Notes under the pieces: model-generated
What the model was told of the DNA's origin: nothing
Database searches by the model: none
The model's input: only the letters and a program-made list of their open reading frames with translations
Source: Eledone cirrhosa
Taxonomy: Eukaryota
Length of the DNA: 64,000 bases
Direction: 5' to 3'
NCBI GenBank assembly: GCA_964016885.1
Contig: OZ024740.1
Location: 233,120,001 to 233,184,000, forward strand
Made by a program: the position numbers and the translations under genes
Part shown: one piece after another, positions 26,671-38,616 of the stretch
Numbering within the stretch: position 1 is the first letter of the stretch
Layout of the letters: every line of letters starts with the position of its first letter

Positions 26671-29600
26671 CCTTGAATCTCAGTCATTGATGTTGGTTAA
26701 CTGGAAAGTCCGTTGGATTGAATATCAAGCCACTACCTGCAGCCTCAGATATTCAGGACGTATCGGAGGGTTCTTGCTGTTCCAAGCAAGCATGCCTTTT
26801 GAAGCGTTCCAAAAAGCGTGAAGGGGCCGATTTTCTTTAACCATCCCTGGAAACTTTTGGAGATAGTCCCCAGTGCGCCTATGACAATCGAGATCACTTT
26901 GACTTCATGGCAGTTCCAAATCCTTTTCACCTCCCACTTTAGGTCCTGGTATCGGTTAATTTTCTCCCTCTCCTTCTCTTGCACTCTCGTGTCGAACGGG
27001 CAGGCCACATCCACAATCAGGCACGATATTTTTTCTTTGTCCACAACCACCAGGTCAGGTCTATTGTGTTCCAGTTTTTTGTCCGTCTGTATCCTAAAAT
27101 CCCACAGCACCTTCACCTGATTGTTCTCCATCACCCCCTCTGGCCTATGCTCATACCATTTCTCAGAATGTGGTAGATTGTTTACTTTGCACAGGTGCCA
27201 GTGGATCACCCTGCCCATCACATCGTGTCTCCAGCCCTTATAGTGGGTCTGGGCTAGGTGTTTACACTCGGACACAATGTGAGCCACAGTCTCCTCTCTC
27301 TCTCCACAGATCCTGCACAGTGGGCTAGCCTCCTCCTTGTAGATATGGTGCTTCAACCACTTCGTTTTGAGGGCCTGCTCCTGCGCAGCCATTAGCATTC
27401 CTTCTGTAGCCTTTTTGAGGTCTCCTCTTCTCAACCAGTTCCATGTCTGTGGATCTCTAAATTCAGTTTTCTCAAAGAAGGTACTATGAAGGGATTTTCC
27501 CTTAAGGCTGCTCTTCCTCCTTGATGTTATTTCCTCCTTGGACATCCCCTGGCCTACTGTCCCCTCCTTCAGTACAGTTCTGAGCATTGGCTCCTTACTA
27601 TAGGTCACGTATTTGTATAGGTTGTTTTTCTCCATCTGAACACAGTCCTCTATGCTGATAAGACCTCTTCCACCCTCAGATCTCCTTAGGTAGAGTCTAT
27701 CGACATCACTCCTCTTGTGGAACATGTTGTAGATAGTCAATAGTTTCCTAGTCTTCCTATCCATTTCTTTTTGTTCAGCAACATTCCATCTCAGAATTCC
27801 CGCACTGTACCTAATAATAGACACAGCTCGGGAATTTACTGCGCTTATGGCATTTCTGCTGTTCAGATGTGACTTCAATACGCTCCTTACTCTCCGAATG
27901 TATTCAGTTCTTAACAATTCCTTCATTTTTTTTTTCTTTATGCCATCAGCCTCCAGAACGCCCAAATACTTGTATCCTTCCTCAGAGTCAATTTCCTTTA
28001 TCATCTCACCTGTTGGTATCTGGATCCCGTTACTTCTGCTCAACCTACCCCTCTTCATCACAATGACTCCACATTTACCAATACCAAACTGCATACATAT
28101 ATCACTGCTGAAAATACGGACAGTGTCAACAAGCACATCCAACTCCTTCTCACTTTTCCCGAAGAGCTTAAGATCGTCCATGAAGAGGAGGTGATTGATG
28201 GTAAGCTCTCCCCTTCCCAACTTGTATCCTGCTCTCACTTTTCGCAGCATAATGGTCAAGAGCATCAGGGCAAGGACAAAAAACAGAGGGGACAGGCTAT
28301 CTCCCTGGAAGATACCTCTCTTGATCTTCACGCTTCCCAAGGATACTCCAGTTGATGTCAGCTCTGTCTCCCAGGACCCCATACTCCTGCCTAGCAACTG
28401 TCTGATGTTATCTGCCACCCTGAAGATCTCCAGGCTTTTGGTGATCCAGGAATGAGGCACCATGTCAAATGCCTTTCTGTAGTCTATCCATCCCATGGCA
28501 AGATCAGTGTGTCTCCTCCTGCAATTCCCCATTACCATCTTATCAATAAGCAACTGGTCCTTTGTACCACGTGACTTCTTTCGGCATCCTTTCTGTTCGT
28601 CCGGTAACAAGTTGTTTGTGTGGAGGTGATGGTAGATTTCCTCAGACACAATGCTCGTCAACAGTTTCCACATTACGGGCAGACATGTGATAGGTCTATA
28701 GTTGGTAACATCATTACCCTTGATTCGGTCTTTCATTATCAGAACTGTGGTACCTTTTGTCAACCACTCTGGCACCTCACCCGACACCAAGCAGTCATTG
28801 AACATGGCCGTCAGCTTCGGGTGGAGGGATGTTAAATGTTTAATCCAATACCCCTGCACACCATCTGGGCCTGGTGATTTCCAGTTGGTTAGTTTTTTGG
28901 CTTGCCCCTTAAGAGTTTCAACTGTGATACTCAAATCAGTCTGTTGTTGTGCCTGCTCACCGATCTCCCTCTGTACTGTCTCAATCCACCCTGCCTGGGC
29001 ATTGTGTCTAACATCCTGCTCCCATATTCCTCTCCAGAATGTTTTAGTTTGTTCCGCCCTAGGGATCAAGTCGTTGCCTCTTTCTTTCCCCTCAAGCTGT
29101 CCAAACAGCATCTTCTGGTTGTTGTCGAACATGCGGTTCTGTTTATACTGACTGACTCTGTTCTCGTATCGCCTGATTTTTGCACTCTTTGCTACAATGC
29201 GTTGCTTCAATTCCTCTATGATAATATTTAGCTTTTTACTCCTAGTTTTGTATTTTATTTCCAGTCTATTTTTAGTGCCTATGTTTTTTAGTGTCCCATT
29301 CAGTAGTGACTCAAGCTTTCCTATGTCATTTCTCATTTCCCCGATTTGCCCACTCAGTCGCTTCTTCCACCACGGCTCTGCTCTTTCTTGTCTGTTGTTT
29401 CCTCTCGCTTTTATACCAAGTAGTTTCCTCACCGTATTTGCTGTTGCTTTGAGGATATTGTTGCACTGGTGAAGGCTCCTCGCCTCAAGGTATGGGATGA
29501 CTTTGTTTACCTTAGCTGTTGTTTCTTTTAACTTTTTCCTGTCTACAAATCTTAGGTTCATAGGTCTCCCACTATCATTGTTCAATTCATCTACCACTAA

Positions 29601-30290
29601 ATTTAGGGTGTCAACCGAATCTTGTCCTAGCCCGTCAGCATTCATCTCCTCAGTGGCCGTATCTCTGTTCCAGGTATTATTTATCTCAGTATTCAGATCA
29701 TTGTCTGCTTCGGGTGGTTCCTCCGTTCTCAGGACCTCCTCACCTTCATTTCCCACCGGCTCGCTTGGCTGGCATACTACACCCGCCATCTCCAAGCCAT
29801 TCTCTCTGCTCAGTTCCTCCAGTTCCAGCTCGCTTATCCACCCATTAGTTCTTATTACCCGAGCCTGCCCGGCCAATTCTTGTTCATATAATTTAAATAA
29901 ACCAATCTCGTTCCAGATGTTATGCATCCGTCTCCTGTAGCCCCTCTCCTTGGGGTTACTTTTCAGGTAGCATTGCATAACAGTTCTATTCAATTCTTTC
30001 GTCCAGTTGGTTCTGGCCCCTTTCCTTCTTCTTCTTCCTCCAACATCAGCAGTATTTGGTTGACAGTCAGGTTCCTGCTGCTGAGCCAGGTGGCACCTGT
30101 TGGGTGAGAGTCTGTCACATGACGTTCTAGTCTCCATTTCACCGTTATTCGAACTGTTTATGTTCGTTATTTAAACACTCTTATCGAGGATTGGCGAATG
30201 TATAGTTACATAGCCATCTGTGGATCCGCCATCCCACTTGGCCCTTGTGTGGCATTATCGCCACGCTGTATACGAACACACATAAACAAA
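26671..30290 (-). mobile_element. R4/Dong-clade non-LTR retrotransposon, copy A (5' boundary uncertain, may extend to ~31226)
   Basis: Single long ORF, 74-bp 3' UTR identical to copy B, 3' end followed by an (AAT)n-like tract. Confidence 0.9.
26745..30137 (-). CDS. Non-LTR retrotransposon protein (RT, CCHC zinc knuckle, PD-(D/E)xK restriction-like endonuclease), 1130 aa
   Basis: YRPITCL, QKGCR, WIDYRKAFDMVPHSW, RGIFQGDSLSP, LFMDDLKL, YKYLG, CRICGEREETVAHIVSEC, RHD, RPDLVVVD...IVDVACP, EKINRYQDL. Confidence 0.95.
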   Translation of the reverse strand: METRTSCDRLSPNRCHLAQQQEPDCQPNTADVGGRRRRKGARTNWTKELNRTVMQCYLKSNPKERGYRRRMHNIWNEIGLFKLYEQELAGQARVIRTNGWISELELEELSRENGLEMAGVVCQPSEPVGNEGEEVLRTEEPPEADNDLNTEINNTWNRDTATEEMNADGLGQDSVDTLNLVVDELNNDSGRPMNLRFVDRKKLKETTAKVNKVIPYLEARSLHQCNNILKATANTVRKLLGIKARGNNRQERAEPWWKKRLSGQIGEMRNDIGKLESLLNGTLKNIGTKNRLEIKYKTRSKKLNIIIEELKQRIVAKSAKIRRYENRVSQYKQNRMFDNNQKMLFGQLEGKERGNDLIPRAEQTKTFWRGIWEQDVRHNAQAGWIETVQREIGEQAQQQTDLSITVETLKGQAKKLTNWKSPGPDGVQGYWIKHLTSLHPKLTAMFNDCLVSGEVPEWLTKGTTVLIMKDRIKGNDVTNYRPITCLPVMWKLLTSIVSEEIYHHLHTNNLLPDEQKGCRKKSRGTKDQLLIDKMVMGNCRRRHTDLAMGWIDYRKAFDMVPHSWITKSLEIFRVADNIRQLLGRSMGSWETELTSTGVSLGSVKIKRGIFQGDSLSPLFFVLALMLLTIMLRKVRAGYKLGRGELTINHLLFMDDLKLFGKSEKELDVLVDTVRIFSSDICMQFGIGKCGVIVMKRGRLSRSNGIQIPTGEMIKEIDSEEGYKYLGVLEADGIKKKKMKELLRTEYIRRVRSVLKSHLNSRNAISAVNSRAVSIIRYSAGILRWNVAEQKEMDRKTRKLLTIYNMFHKRSDVDRLYLRRSEGGRGLISIEDCVQMEKNNLYKYVTYSKEPMLRTVLKEGTVGQGMSKEEITSRRKSSLKGKSLHSTFFEKTEFRDPQTWNWLRRGDLKKATEGMLMAAQEQALKTKWLKHHIYKEEASPLCRICGEREETVAHIVSECKHLAQTHYKGWRHDVMGRVIHWHLCKVNNLPHSEKWYEHRPEGVMENNQVKVLWDFRIQTDKKLEHNRPDLVVVDKEKISCLIVDVACPFDTRVQEKEREKINRYQDLKWEVKRIWNCHEVKVISIVIGALGTISKSFQGWLKKIGPFTLFGTLQKACLLGTARTLRYVLNI

Positions 30291-31250
30291 CAAACACACA
30301 GGCAGAATGGGCCCCAAAAATGAATAAGCATAAGTTTCATTGTAGTGTAGTGTTCGAATGTCTGACTTAGTTTTTGTTTTTTAAGTTTTACTTTTTCCCC
30401 CCTCTTCTCTGTCCGTCCGCCTGCTTCTCTCTTCATTCTTATTTTCTTTACGTTTTGGGGGTTTCTTTTTTTGTTTTTGTTTTTCTCTGTTTGTTTTTCT
30501 CGTTTTTGCTGTTGTTGCTGTGTTGCTTTGGTTTTGTTGTTTGTTTTTTCTTTTTTCTTTTGAGTCTATCTATATATTTTGATGCCTTCCTCTTTGTTAG
30601 TAGTAGGAATTCTATAATGTGGAAGTAGCAGCCAGCAGGGAGAAGTGGGAGACTGCGGCGGTAGCGATACTGAGACAGTGGTGGTGGTGATGTCGATACC
30701 GAGGCAGTGGTGGCGGTGATGTGCCCGTATTACTGTAGTGATGGTGCTGTAGCGGTGGCAGTAGTGAAGGAGTCAAGAGGTGGTGGCGGCGGTGATGGGA
30801 TAGTGGTGGTAATGATGGCCGTAGTGAGCGGTGGCGGTGAGGTGAAAATGTCGTTATCTGGCTGTTGTGTTTAGTGTACACAGATGATGGGGTGGGTGGT
30901 GTATCTAGTTTCTGGTGTTGGTGAGTTTAGCTGTCCTATATAGTGTAGCCAGAGGAGAGGAGGGGGGGGGGGTTCTTCTTCTTCCATTTATAGTCATTTT
31001 CTTTTTTGGATATACAGTGTACAATACAAAGTTGAATATTTGAATATTTGAGCCTTATAACAATATATTTTGGGTCCGAATTTTTTGGGGCTCAAGCCGG
31101 GTGCTTTACGTAGCATTTGTACTAAGAGTTGTTATTTCACAAATGGTTTAAATATGTTAAAAATTCAAAACTTACGGGAGCGATTTCATGACCTCCGTCA
31201 CCTCGTGCGTCTTCTTCCCTTATTCCATTATTATTATTATTATTATTATT

Positions 31251-34200
31251 CCTTGAATCTCAGTCATTGATGTTGGTTAACTGGAAAGTCCGTTGGATTG
31301 AATATCAAGCCACTACCTGCAGCCTCAGATATTCAGGACGTATCGGAGGGTTCTTGCTGTTCCAAGCAAGCATGCCTTTTGAAGCGTTCCAAAAAGCGTG
31401 AAGGGGCCGATTTTCTTTAACCATCCCTGGAAACTTTTGGAGATAGTCCCCAGTGCGCCTATGACAATCGGGATCACTTTGACTTCATGGCAGTTCCAAA
31501 TCCTTTTCACCTCCCACTTTAGGTCCTGGTATCGGTTAATTTTCTCCCTCTCCTTCTCTTGCACGCTCGTGTCGAACGGGCAGGCCACATCCACAATCAG
31601 GCACGATATTTTTTCTTTGTCCACAACCACCAGGTCAGGTCTATTGTGTTCCAGTTTTTTGTCCGTCTGTATCCTAAAATCCCACAGCACCTTCACCTGA
31701 TTGTTCTCCATCACCCCCTCTGGCCTATGCTCATACCATTTCTCAGAATGTGGTAGATTGTTTACTTTGCACAGGTGCCAGTGGATCACCCTGCCCATCA
31801 CATCGTGTCTCCAGCCCTTATAGTGGGTCTGGGCTAGGTGTTTACACTCGGACACAATGTGAGCCACAGTCTCCTCTCTCTCTCCACAGATCCTGCACAG
31901 TGGGCTGGCCTCCTCCTTGTAGATATGGTGCTTCAACCACTTCGTTTTGAGGGCCTGCTCCTGCGCAGCCATTAGCATTCCTTCTGTAGCCTTTTTGAGG
32001 TCTCCTCTTCTCAACCAGTTCCATGTCTGTGGATCTCTAAATTCAGTTTTCTCAAAGAAGGTACTATGAAGGGGTTTTCCCTTAAGGCTGCTCTTCCTCC
32101 TTGATGTTATTTCCTCCCTGGACATCCCCTGGCCTACTGTCCCCTCCTTCAGTACAGCTCTGAGCATTGGCTCCTTACTATAGGTCACGTATTTGTATAG
32201 GTTGTTTTTCTCCATCTGAACACAGTCCTCTATGCTGATAAGACCTCTTCCACCCTCAGATCTCCTTAGGTAGAGTCTATCGACATCACTCTTCTTGTGG
32301 AACATGTTGTAGATAGTCAATAGCTTCCTAGTCTTCCTATCCATTTCTTTCTGTTCAGCAACATTCCATCTCAGAATTCCCGCACTGTACCTAATAATAG
32401 ACACAGCTCGGGAATTTACTGCGCTTATGGCATTTCTGCTGTTCAGATGTGACTTCAATACGCTCCTTACTCTCCGAATGTATTCAGTTCTTAACAATTC
32501 CTTCATTTTTTTGTTCTTTATGCCATCAGCCTCCAGAACGCCCAAATACTTGTATCCTTCCTCAGAGTCAATTTCCTTTATCATCTCACCTGTTGGTATC
32601 TGGATCCCGTTACTTCTGCTCAACCTACCCCTCTTCATCACAATGACTCCACATTTAGCAATACCAAACTGCATACATATATCACTGCTGAAAATACGGA
32701 CAGTGTCAACAATCACATCCAACTCCTTCTCACTTTTCCCGAAGAGCTTAAGATCGTCCATGAAGAGGAGGTGATTGATGGTAAGCTCTCCCCTTCCCAA
32801 CTTGTATCCTGCTCTCACTTTTCGCAGCATAATGGTCAAGGGCATCAGGGCAAGGACAAACAACAGAGGGGACAGGCTATCTCCCTGGAAGATACCTCTC
32901 TTGATCTTCACGCTTCCCAAGGATACTCCAGTTGATGTCAACTCTGTCTCCCAGGACCCCATACTCCTGCCTAGCAACTGTCTGATGTTATCTGCCACCC
33001 TGAAGATCTCCAGGCTTTTGGTGATCCAGGAATGAGGCACCATGTCAAATGCCTTTCTGTAGTCTATCCATCCCATGGCAAGATCAGTGTGTCTCCTCCT
33101 GCAATTCCCCATTACCATCTTATCAATAAGCAACTGGTCCTTTGTACCACGTGACTTCTTTCGGCATCCTTTCTGTTCGTCCGGTAACAAGTTGTTTGTG
33201 TGGAGGTGATGGTAGATTTCCTCAGACACAATGCTCGTCAACAGTTTCCACATTACGGGCAGACATGTGATAGGTCTATAGTTGGTAGCATCATTACCCT
33301 TGATTCGGTCTTTCATTATCAGAACTGTGGTACCTTTTGTCAACCACTCTGGCACCTCACCCGACACCAAGCAGTCATTGAACATGGCCGTCAGCTTCGG
33401 GTGGAGGGATGTTAGATGTTTAATCCAATACCCCTGCACACCATCTGGGCCTGGTGATTTCCAGTTGGTTAGTTTTTTGGCTTGCCCCTTAAGAGTTTCA
33501 ACTGTGATACTCAAATCAGTCTGTTGCTGTGCCTGCTCACCGATCTCCCTCTGTACTGTCTCAATCCACCCTGCCTGGGCATTGTGTCTAACATCCTGCT
33601 CCCATATTCCTCTCCAGAATGTTTTAGTTTGCTCCGCCCCAGGGATCAAGTCGTTGCCTCTTTCTTTGCCCTCAAGCTGTCCAAACAGCATCTTCTGGTT
33701 GTTGTCGAACATGCGGTTCTGTTTATACTGACTGACTCTGTTCTCGTATCGCCTGATTTTTGCACTCTTTGCTACAATGCGTTGCTTCAATTCCTCTATG
33801 ATAATATTTAGCTTTTTACTCCTAGTTTTGTATTTTATTTCCAGTCTATTTTTAGTGCCTATGTTTTTTAGTGTCCCATTCAGTAGTGACTCAAGCTTTC
33901 CTATGTCATTTCTCATTTCCCCGATTTGCCCACTCAGTCGCTTCTTCCACCACGGCTCTGCTCTTTCTTGTCTGTTGTTTCCTCTCGCTTTTATACCAAG
34001 TAATTTCCTCACCGTATTTGCTGTTGCTCTGAGGATATTGTTGCACTGGTGAAGGCTCCTCGCCTCAAGGTATGGGATGACTTTGTTTACCTTAGCTGTT
34101 GTTTCTTTTAACTTTTTCCTGTCTACAAATCTTAGGTTCATAGGTCTCCCACTATCATTGTTCAATTCATCTACCACTAAATTTAGGATGTCAACCGAAT

Positions 34201-34666
34201 CTTGTCCTAGCCCGTCAGCATTCATCTCCTCAGTGGCCGTATCTCTGTTCCAGGTATTATTTATCTCAGTATTCAGATCATTGTCTGCTTCGGGTGGTTC
34301 CTCCGTTCTCAGGACCTCCTCACCTTCATTTCCCACCGGCTCGCTTGTCTGGCATACTACACCCGCCATCTCCAAGCCATTCTCTCTGCTCAGTTCCTCC
34401 AGTTCCAGCTCGCTTATCCACCCATTAGTTCTTATTACCCGAGCCTGCCCGGCCAATTTTTGTTCATCTAATTTAAATAAACCAATCTCGTTCCAGATGT
34501 TATGCATCCGTCTCCTGTAGCCCCTCTCCTTGGGGTTACTTTTCAGGTAGCATTGCATAACAGTTCTATTCAATTCTTTCGTCCAGTTGGTTCTGGCCCC
34601 TTTCCTTCTTCTCCTTCCTCCATCATCAGCAGTATTTGGTTGACAGTCAGGTTCCTGCTGCTGAGC

Positions 34667-34668
<2 letters not shown>
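31251..34668 (-). mobile_element. R4/Dong-clade element, copy B, 5'-truncated, flanked by (AAT)n on both sides
   Basis: Near-identical to copy A; (att)n at 31227-31250 and 34668-34742. Confidence 0.95.

Positions 34669-34669
<1 letters not shown>
31325..34669 (-). CDS. RT-REL protein of copy B, 1114 aa from a junction-created ATG
   Basis: Same motifs as copy A with no stops; the poly-Ile N-terminus of the called 1153-aa ORF is translated microsatellite. Confidence 0.9.
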
Positions 34670-34750
<81 letters not shown>

Positions 34751-34756
34751 GACAAA

Positions 34757-35246
34757 GTTATATCTGTATAAGTACAGCCTATTCACCTGAGACTACACAA
34801 AGGTATATGAATATATACACATATGTAATATGTAGGCACATAAACACGCCAGAAAATACGAATTTCCCTGTAAATTGAGAAGATGATAAGAACTTTAATC
34901 GATTTTCAGCTCTAATTTGATCTTCATCAAAAAGCATATTTATCATCAACATAACTAAAACGGAAGATGTAATTTATGGATATATATAGCCATTCGTTCT
35001 TATTATAATGCTGAAATGGACATACAATTTACATATAATTAGCACTCTTGTTACTAATTAATTAATATATGTATTGAGAAGTGCGTGAGCAGTGTAAGTA
35101 TATGATGACGTTATATCTGTATAAATAAGAGCATGTAACTGAGACTGCACAAATGTGTATAAATATATACACATATTTAATATGTAGGCAGAGAAACACA
35201 CTGGAAAAAGACAATTGAGAAAATGATAAACACCTTTAATCGATTT
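34757..35246. repeat. Diverged direct repeat (period ~353 bp) containing a degenerate hammerhead-like motif (~34890-34936, minus strand)
   Basis: gttatatctgtataa...ctttaatcgattt at 34757 and 35110; minus strand TTGATGA-agatc aaatta gagct-GAAA-atcgat-TA. Confidence 0.55.
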
Positions 35247-35342
35247 ATAGATTTAATTGGATTTCCATCTGAAGGCATGTCTATCATCACAGAACCAAAA
35301 AGAAACATATATTTGATGGGTATGTATACACATACACTTTTA

Positions 35343-38056
35343 GTTTTTCCTAGATCACAAAAGTACATATAGTCATATATATAGATAGAGGTATAATTAC
35401 ATAAATACTCCATTAAAAACATAAATACGCATACATAGATATATACATACACATATACATACATACACGTACACATACATACACACACATATATATATAT
35501 ACATACATACATATATATACATATATATATATATATACACACACATATATGTACATACACACACATACACATATGCATACAGATATATATATATATATAA
35601 TCTCTTATCATACATACGTAGATACATGTATACCCATGCAATTACAGGTGGTTATGTACCTTGATGACCTTAGTCAGTAACGCATGAATCAATGGAAGCT
35701 AAAAAATTAACAGGAAGGTGTATAATTAAGAGAAGGGGATACTAACAAAAAGGTACGTCACATAGAACTATAGTGAGCTGCTATTTAGAATGTTTAATTC
35801 GGTTTATAGTACTTAAATGTTTTTCGTATGCGGTGATTACAAGCTATACTCAGTTCTTGTCTTTTATTCAATAAATCGTCCTTAGATTTAATAATTTCCA
35901 AGATCTCTCCGGAACATAATCTGCATTCTCTCCTGTTCCCAAGATATGCAGTTCTTTGTAGAATGGTATCCCACGATAGCTTGAAATCTATTTTTTTTCT
36001 TTTTATAGTTATTTACTGCTTAATCTAAAGATGTGGTGTTAGCTAGTTTAGTATTGTTAAGGCTACTGGAGTGTGCGTAAAATCTTTTCTTAAATGTGTT
36101 CGATGTAGATCCTATATATGATTTGTTGGAGTCAGTAGTAGACACAGTGCATTTATATATTACATTATTAATCAAACAGTTGTCATTTAAGGGGCAAACG
36201 CTTCTATTTCTGCAATTGCAACCATACGTAAGATGTTTGTTGGAGGTGCCTACATAATTCTCATTAATCTTGGAGCTATTCTTATTCTAATTAGTGTTAG
36301 AGAGAGAATGAGCGCTGCTTTGTGGGTGATTTAGTGCTGAGGTTGTATTGTGATTTTGTGTTATGTTGTTATTGTGTTGGTGATTTGGGTGGTTGTGTTT
36401 TCCAGGTGGAAGAATTGTATTATTTGTCCTTTTAAAAGGTGCAGTCTTATTTAAATTATGTTGTGGTGGTGTGGTCATATTATTTTTAAATTTATAAATG
36501 TTGTAGTTGCTTATTTTTTGCTGGAGATTGTTTGATGTATAGTATGAGAATTTAACAGTGTACCTGTTAAATATGTGGTGGTATCTGCTGTTTGGTGGAA
36601 AATGTTTATGTAGAATTTCGAAGAATGTTTGGGGGATTTGCCCAATAGTTTGCAGGTTGAAGGGTGCGTTTTACCATGTCATGTTTCTTTTGAGGTTTTT
36701 AGTTACGTTCTTATTACCATTTATATTATTGTGCTGTGTTCTAGAAGAGTTCCTATGGTTAGTATTAGATCATGTAGTAATATTTGTGGTTTTTCGGTTC
36801 TATGACCAATGTTAACAACTCACATATGACTATCAGACATTCAAAATCTCATAATCTACCCAATAACAACACCAAATACAACCACTGCAATTTAACAAAA
36901 TCCACAAATACAAATACTAACCATAGGAACTTTTCTAGAACACAGCACATTAATATAAGTGGTAATAAGAGCTTAACTAAAAACCTCAAAAGAAACATAA
37001 CATGGTACAACGCACCCTTCAACCTGCAAACTATTGGACAAATCCCCCCAAAATTCTTCGAAATTCTACATAAACATTTTCCACCAAACCACATGTACCA
37101 CCAAATATTTAACAGGTATACTGTTAAATTCTCATACTCTTCATCAAACAATCTCCAACAGAAAATAAGCAACTACAACATTTATAAATTTAAAAATAAT
37201 ATGACCACACCACCACAACATAATTTAAATAAGACTGCACCTTTTAAAAGGACAAATAATACAATTCTTCAACCTGGAAAACACAACCACCCAAATCAAC
37301 AACACAAAAACAGCATAACAAAAAATCACAATACAACCCCAGCACTAAATCACCCACAAAGCAGCGCTCATTCTCTCTCTAACACTAATTAGAATAAGAA
37401 TAGCTCCAAGATTAATGAGAATTATGTAGGCACCTCCAACAAACATCTTACGTATGGTTGTAATTGCAGAAATAGAAGGGTTTGCCCCTTAAATGGCAAC
37501 TGTTTGATTAATAATGTAATATATAAATGCAATGTGTCTACTACTGACTCCAACAAATCATATATAGGATCTACATCGAACACATTCAAGAAAAGATATT
37601 ACGCACACTCCAGTAGCCTTAACAATACTAAACTAGCTAACACCACATCTTTAGATTAAGCAGTAAATAACTATAAAAAGAAAAAAAATAGATTTCAAGC
37701 TATCGTGGAATACCATTCTGCAAAGAACTCCATATCTTGGGAACAGGAGAGAATGCAGATTATGTTCCGGAGAGATCTTGGAAATTACTAAATCTAAGGA
37801 CGATTTATTATAGCTTGTAATCACCGTATACGAAAAACATTTAAGTACTATAAACCTAATTAAACTTTCTAAATAGCAGCTCACTATAGTTCTATGTGAC
37901 GTACCTTTCGGTTAGTATTCCCTTCTCTTAATTATACGCCTTCCTGTTAATTGTTTAGCTTCCATTGATTCATGCGTTACTGACTAAGGGCATCAAGATA
38001 CAAAACCACCTGTAATTGCATGGGTATACATGTATCTATGTATGTATGATAAGAGA

Positions 38057-38122
<66 letters not shown>

Positions 38123-38265
38123 GTGTCTGTATGTATGTATGTATGTATGTATATATGTATGTATGTATATATCTATGTATGCGTATGTATGTTTTTAATG
38201 GAGTACTTATGTAATTATACCTCTATCTATATGTGTGAGTATATGTACTTTTGTAATCTAAGAAA
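35343..38265. mobile_element. Naiad-like PLE foldback: arms ~35343-36766 and ~36913-38265
   Basis: The two arms are reverse complements over ~1.4 kb; ORF track shows the same peptide (MTTPPQHNLNKTAPFK...) on both strands. Confidence 0.9.
36960..37810 (+). pseudogene. PLE C-terminal fragment (thumb/linker/GIY-YIG); mirror copy ~35870-36720 (-)
   Basis: RNITWYNAPF, KHFPPNH...IFNRYTVKFSYS, CNCRNRRVCPLNGNCL, VIYKC...YIGSTSNTFKKRY, CRLC; contains stops. Confidence 0.85.
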
Positions 38266-38437
38266 ATTATGCGTTTTGGCTATATATCAATATGCATTTA
38301 TTTGGGATTGATTACAGATACATAGACCCACATGAAAATATTTACTATTTTATATTTTATGATACATCATACGCTATACTATACAATATACAATGCACCA
38401 TAAGGCACTATATTATATTACATTATATTATATTATT

Positions 38438-38616
38438 ATTGGCAGTATCGGTAGAGGGTCGGACGCCATGCTTTGACGCATAGTTACGTTCCTTTACATT
38501 CTGAATTCAAATCCCGCCGAGGTTGACTTTGCCTTTCATCCTTACGGGGTCGATATAATAAAGTACCAGTAATACACTGGTGAATTGCTGGCCTTGTGCC
38601 AAAAGTAGAAACAATT
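38438..38616 (+). mobile_element. SINE S1
   Basis: Matches the family. Confidence 0.9.

Noticed and set aside
26671-26744. Dong element as the mobiliser of SINE S1
   Set aside because: No shared 3' sequence, and the tails have opposite polarity ((AAT)n vs (ATT)n).
26818-34520. Duplicated plus-strand ORFs of 65-149 aa
   Set aside because: Antisense shadows of the RT ORFs, duplicated only because the element is duplicated.
34670-34786. Poly-Ile signal or transmembrane N-terminus on the copy B protein
   Set aside because: It is the (AAT)n target and flank, and is absent from copy A.
37450-37510. Selenocysteine recoding in the Naiad-like fragments
   Set aside because: The conserved Cys positions read TGT/TGC (one TGG at 47.4 kb), not TGA.
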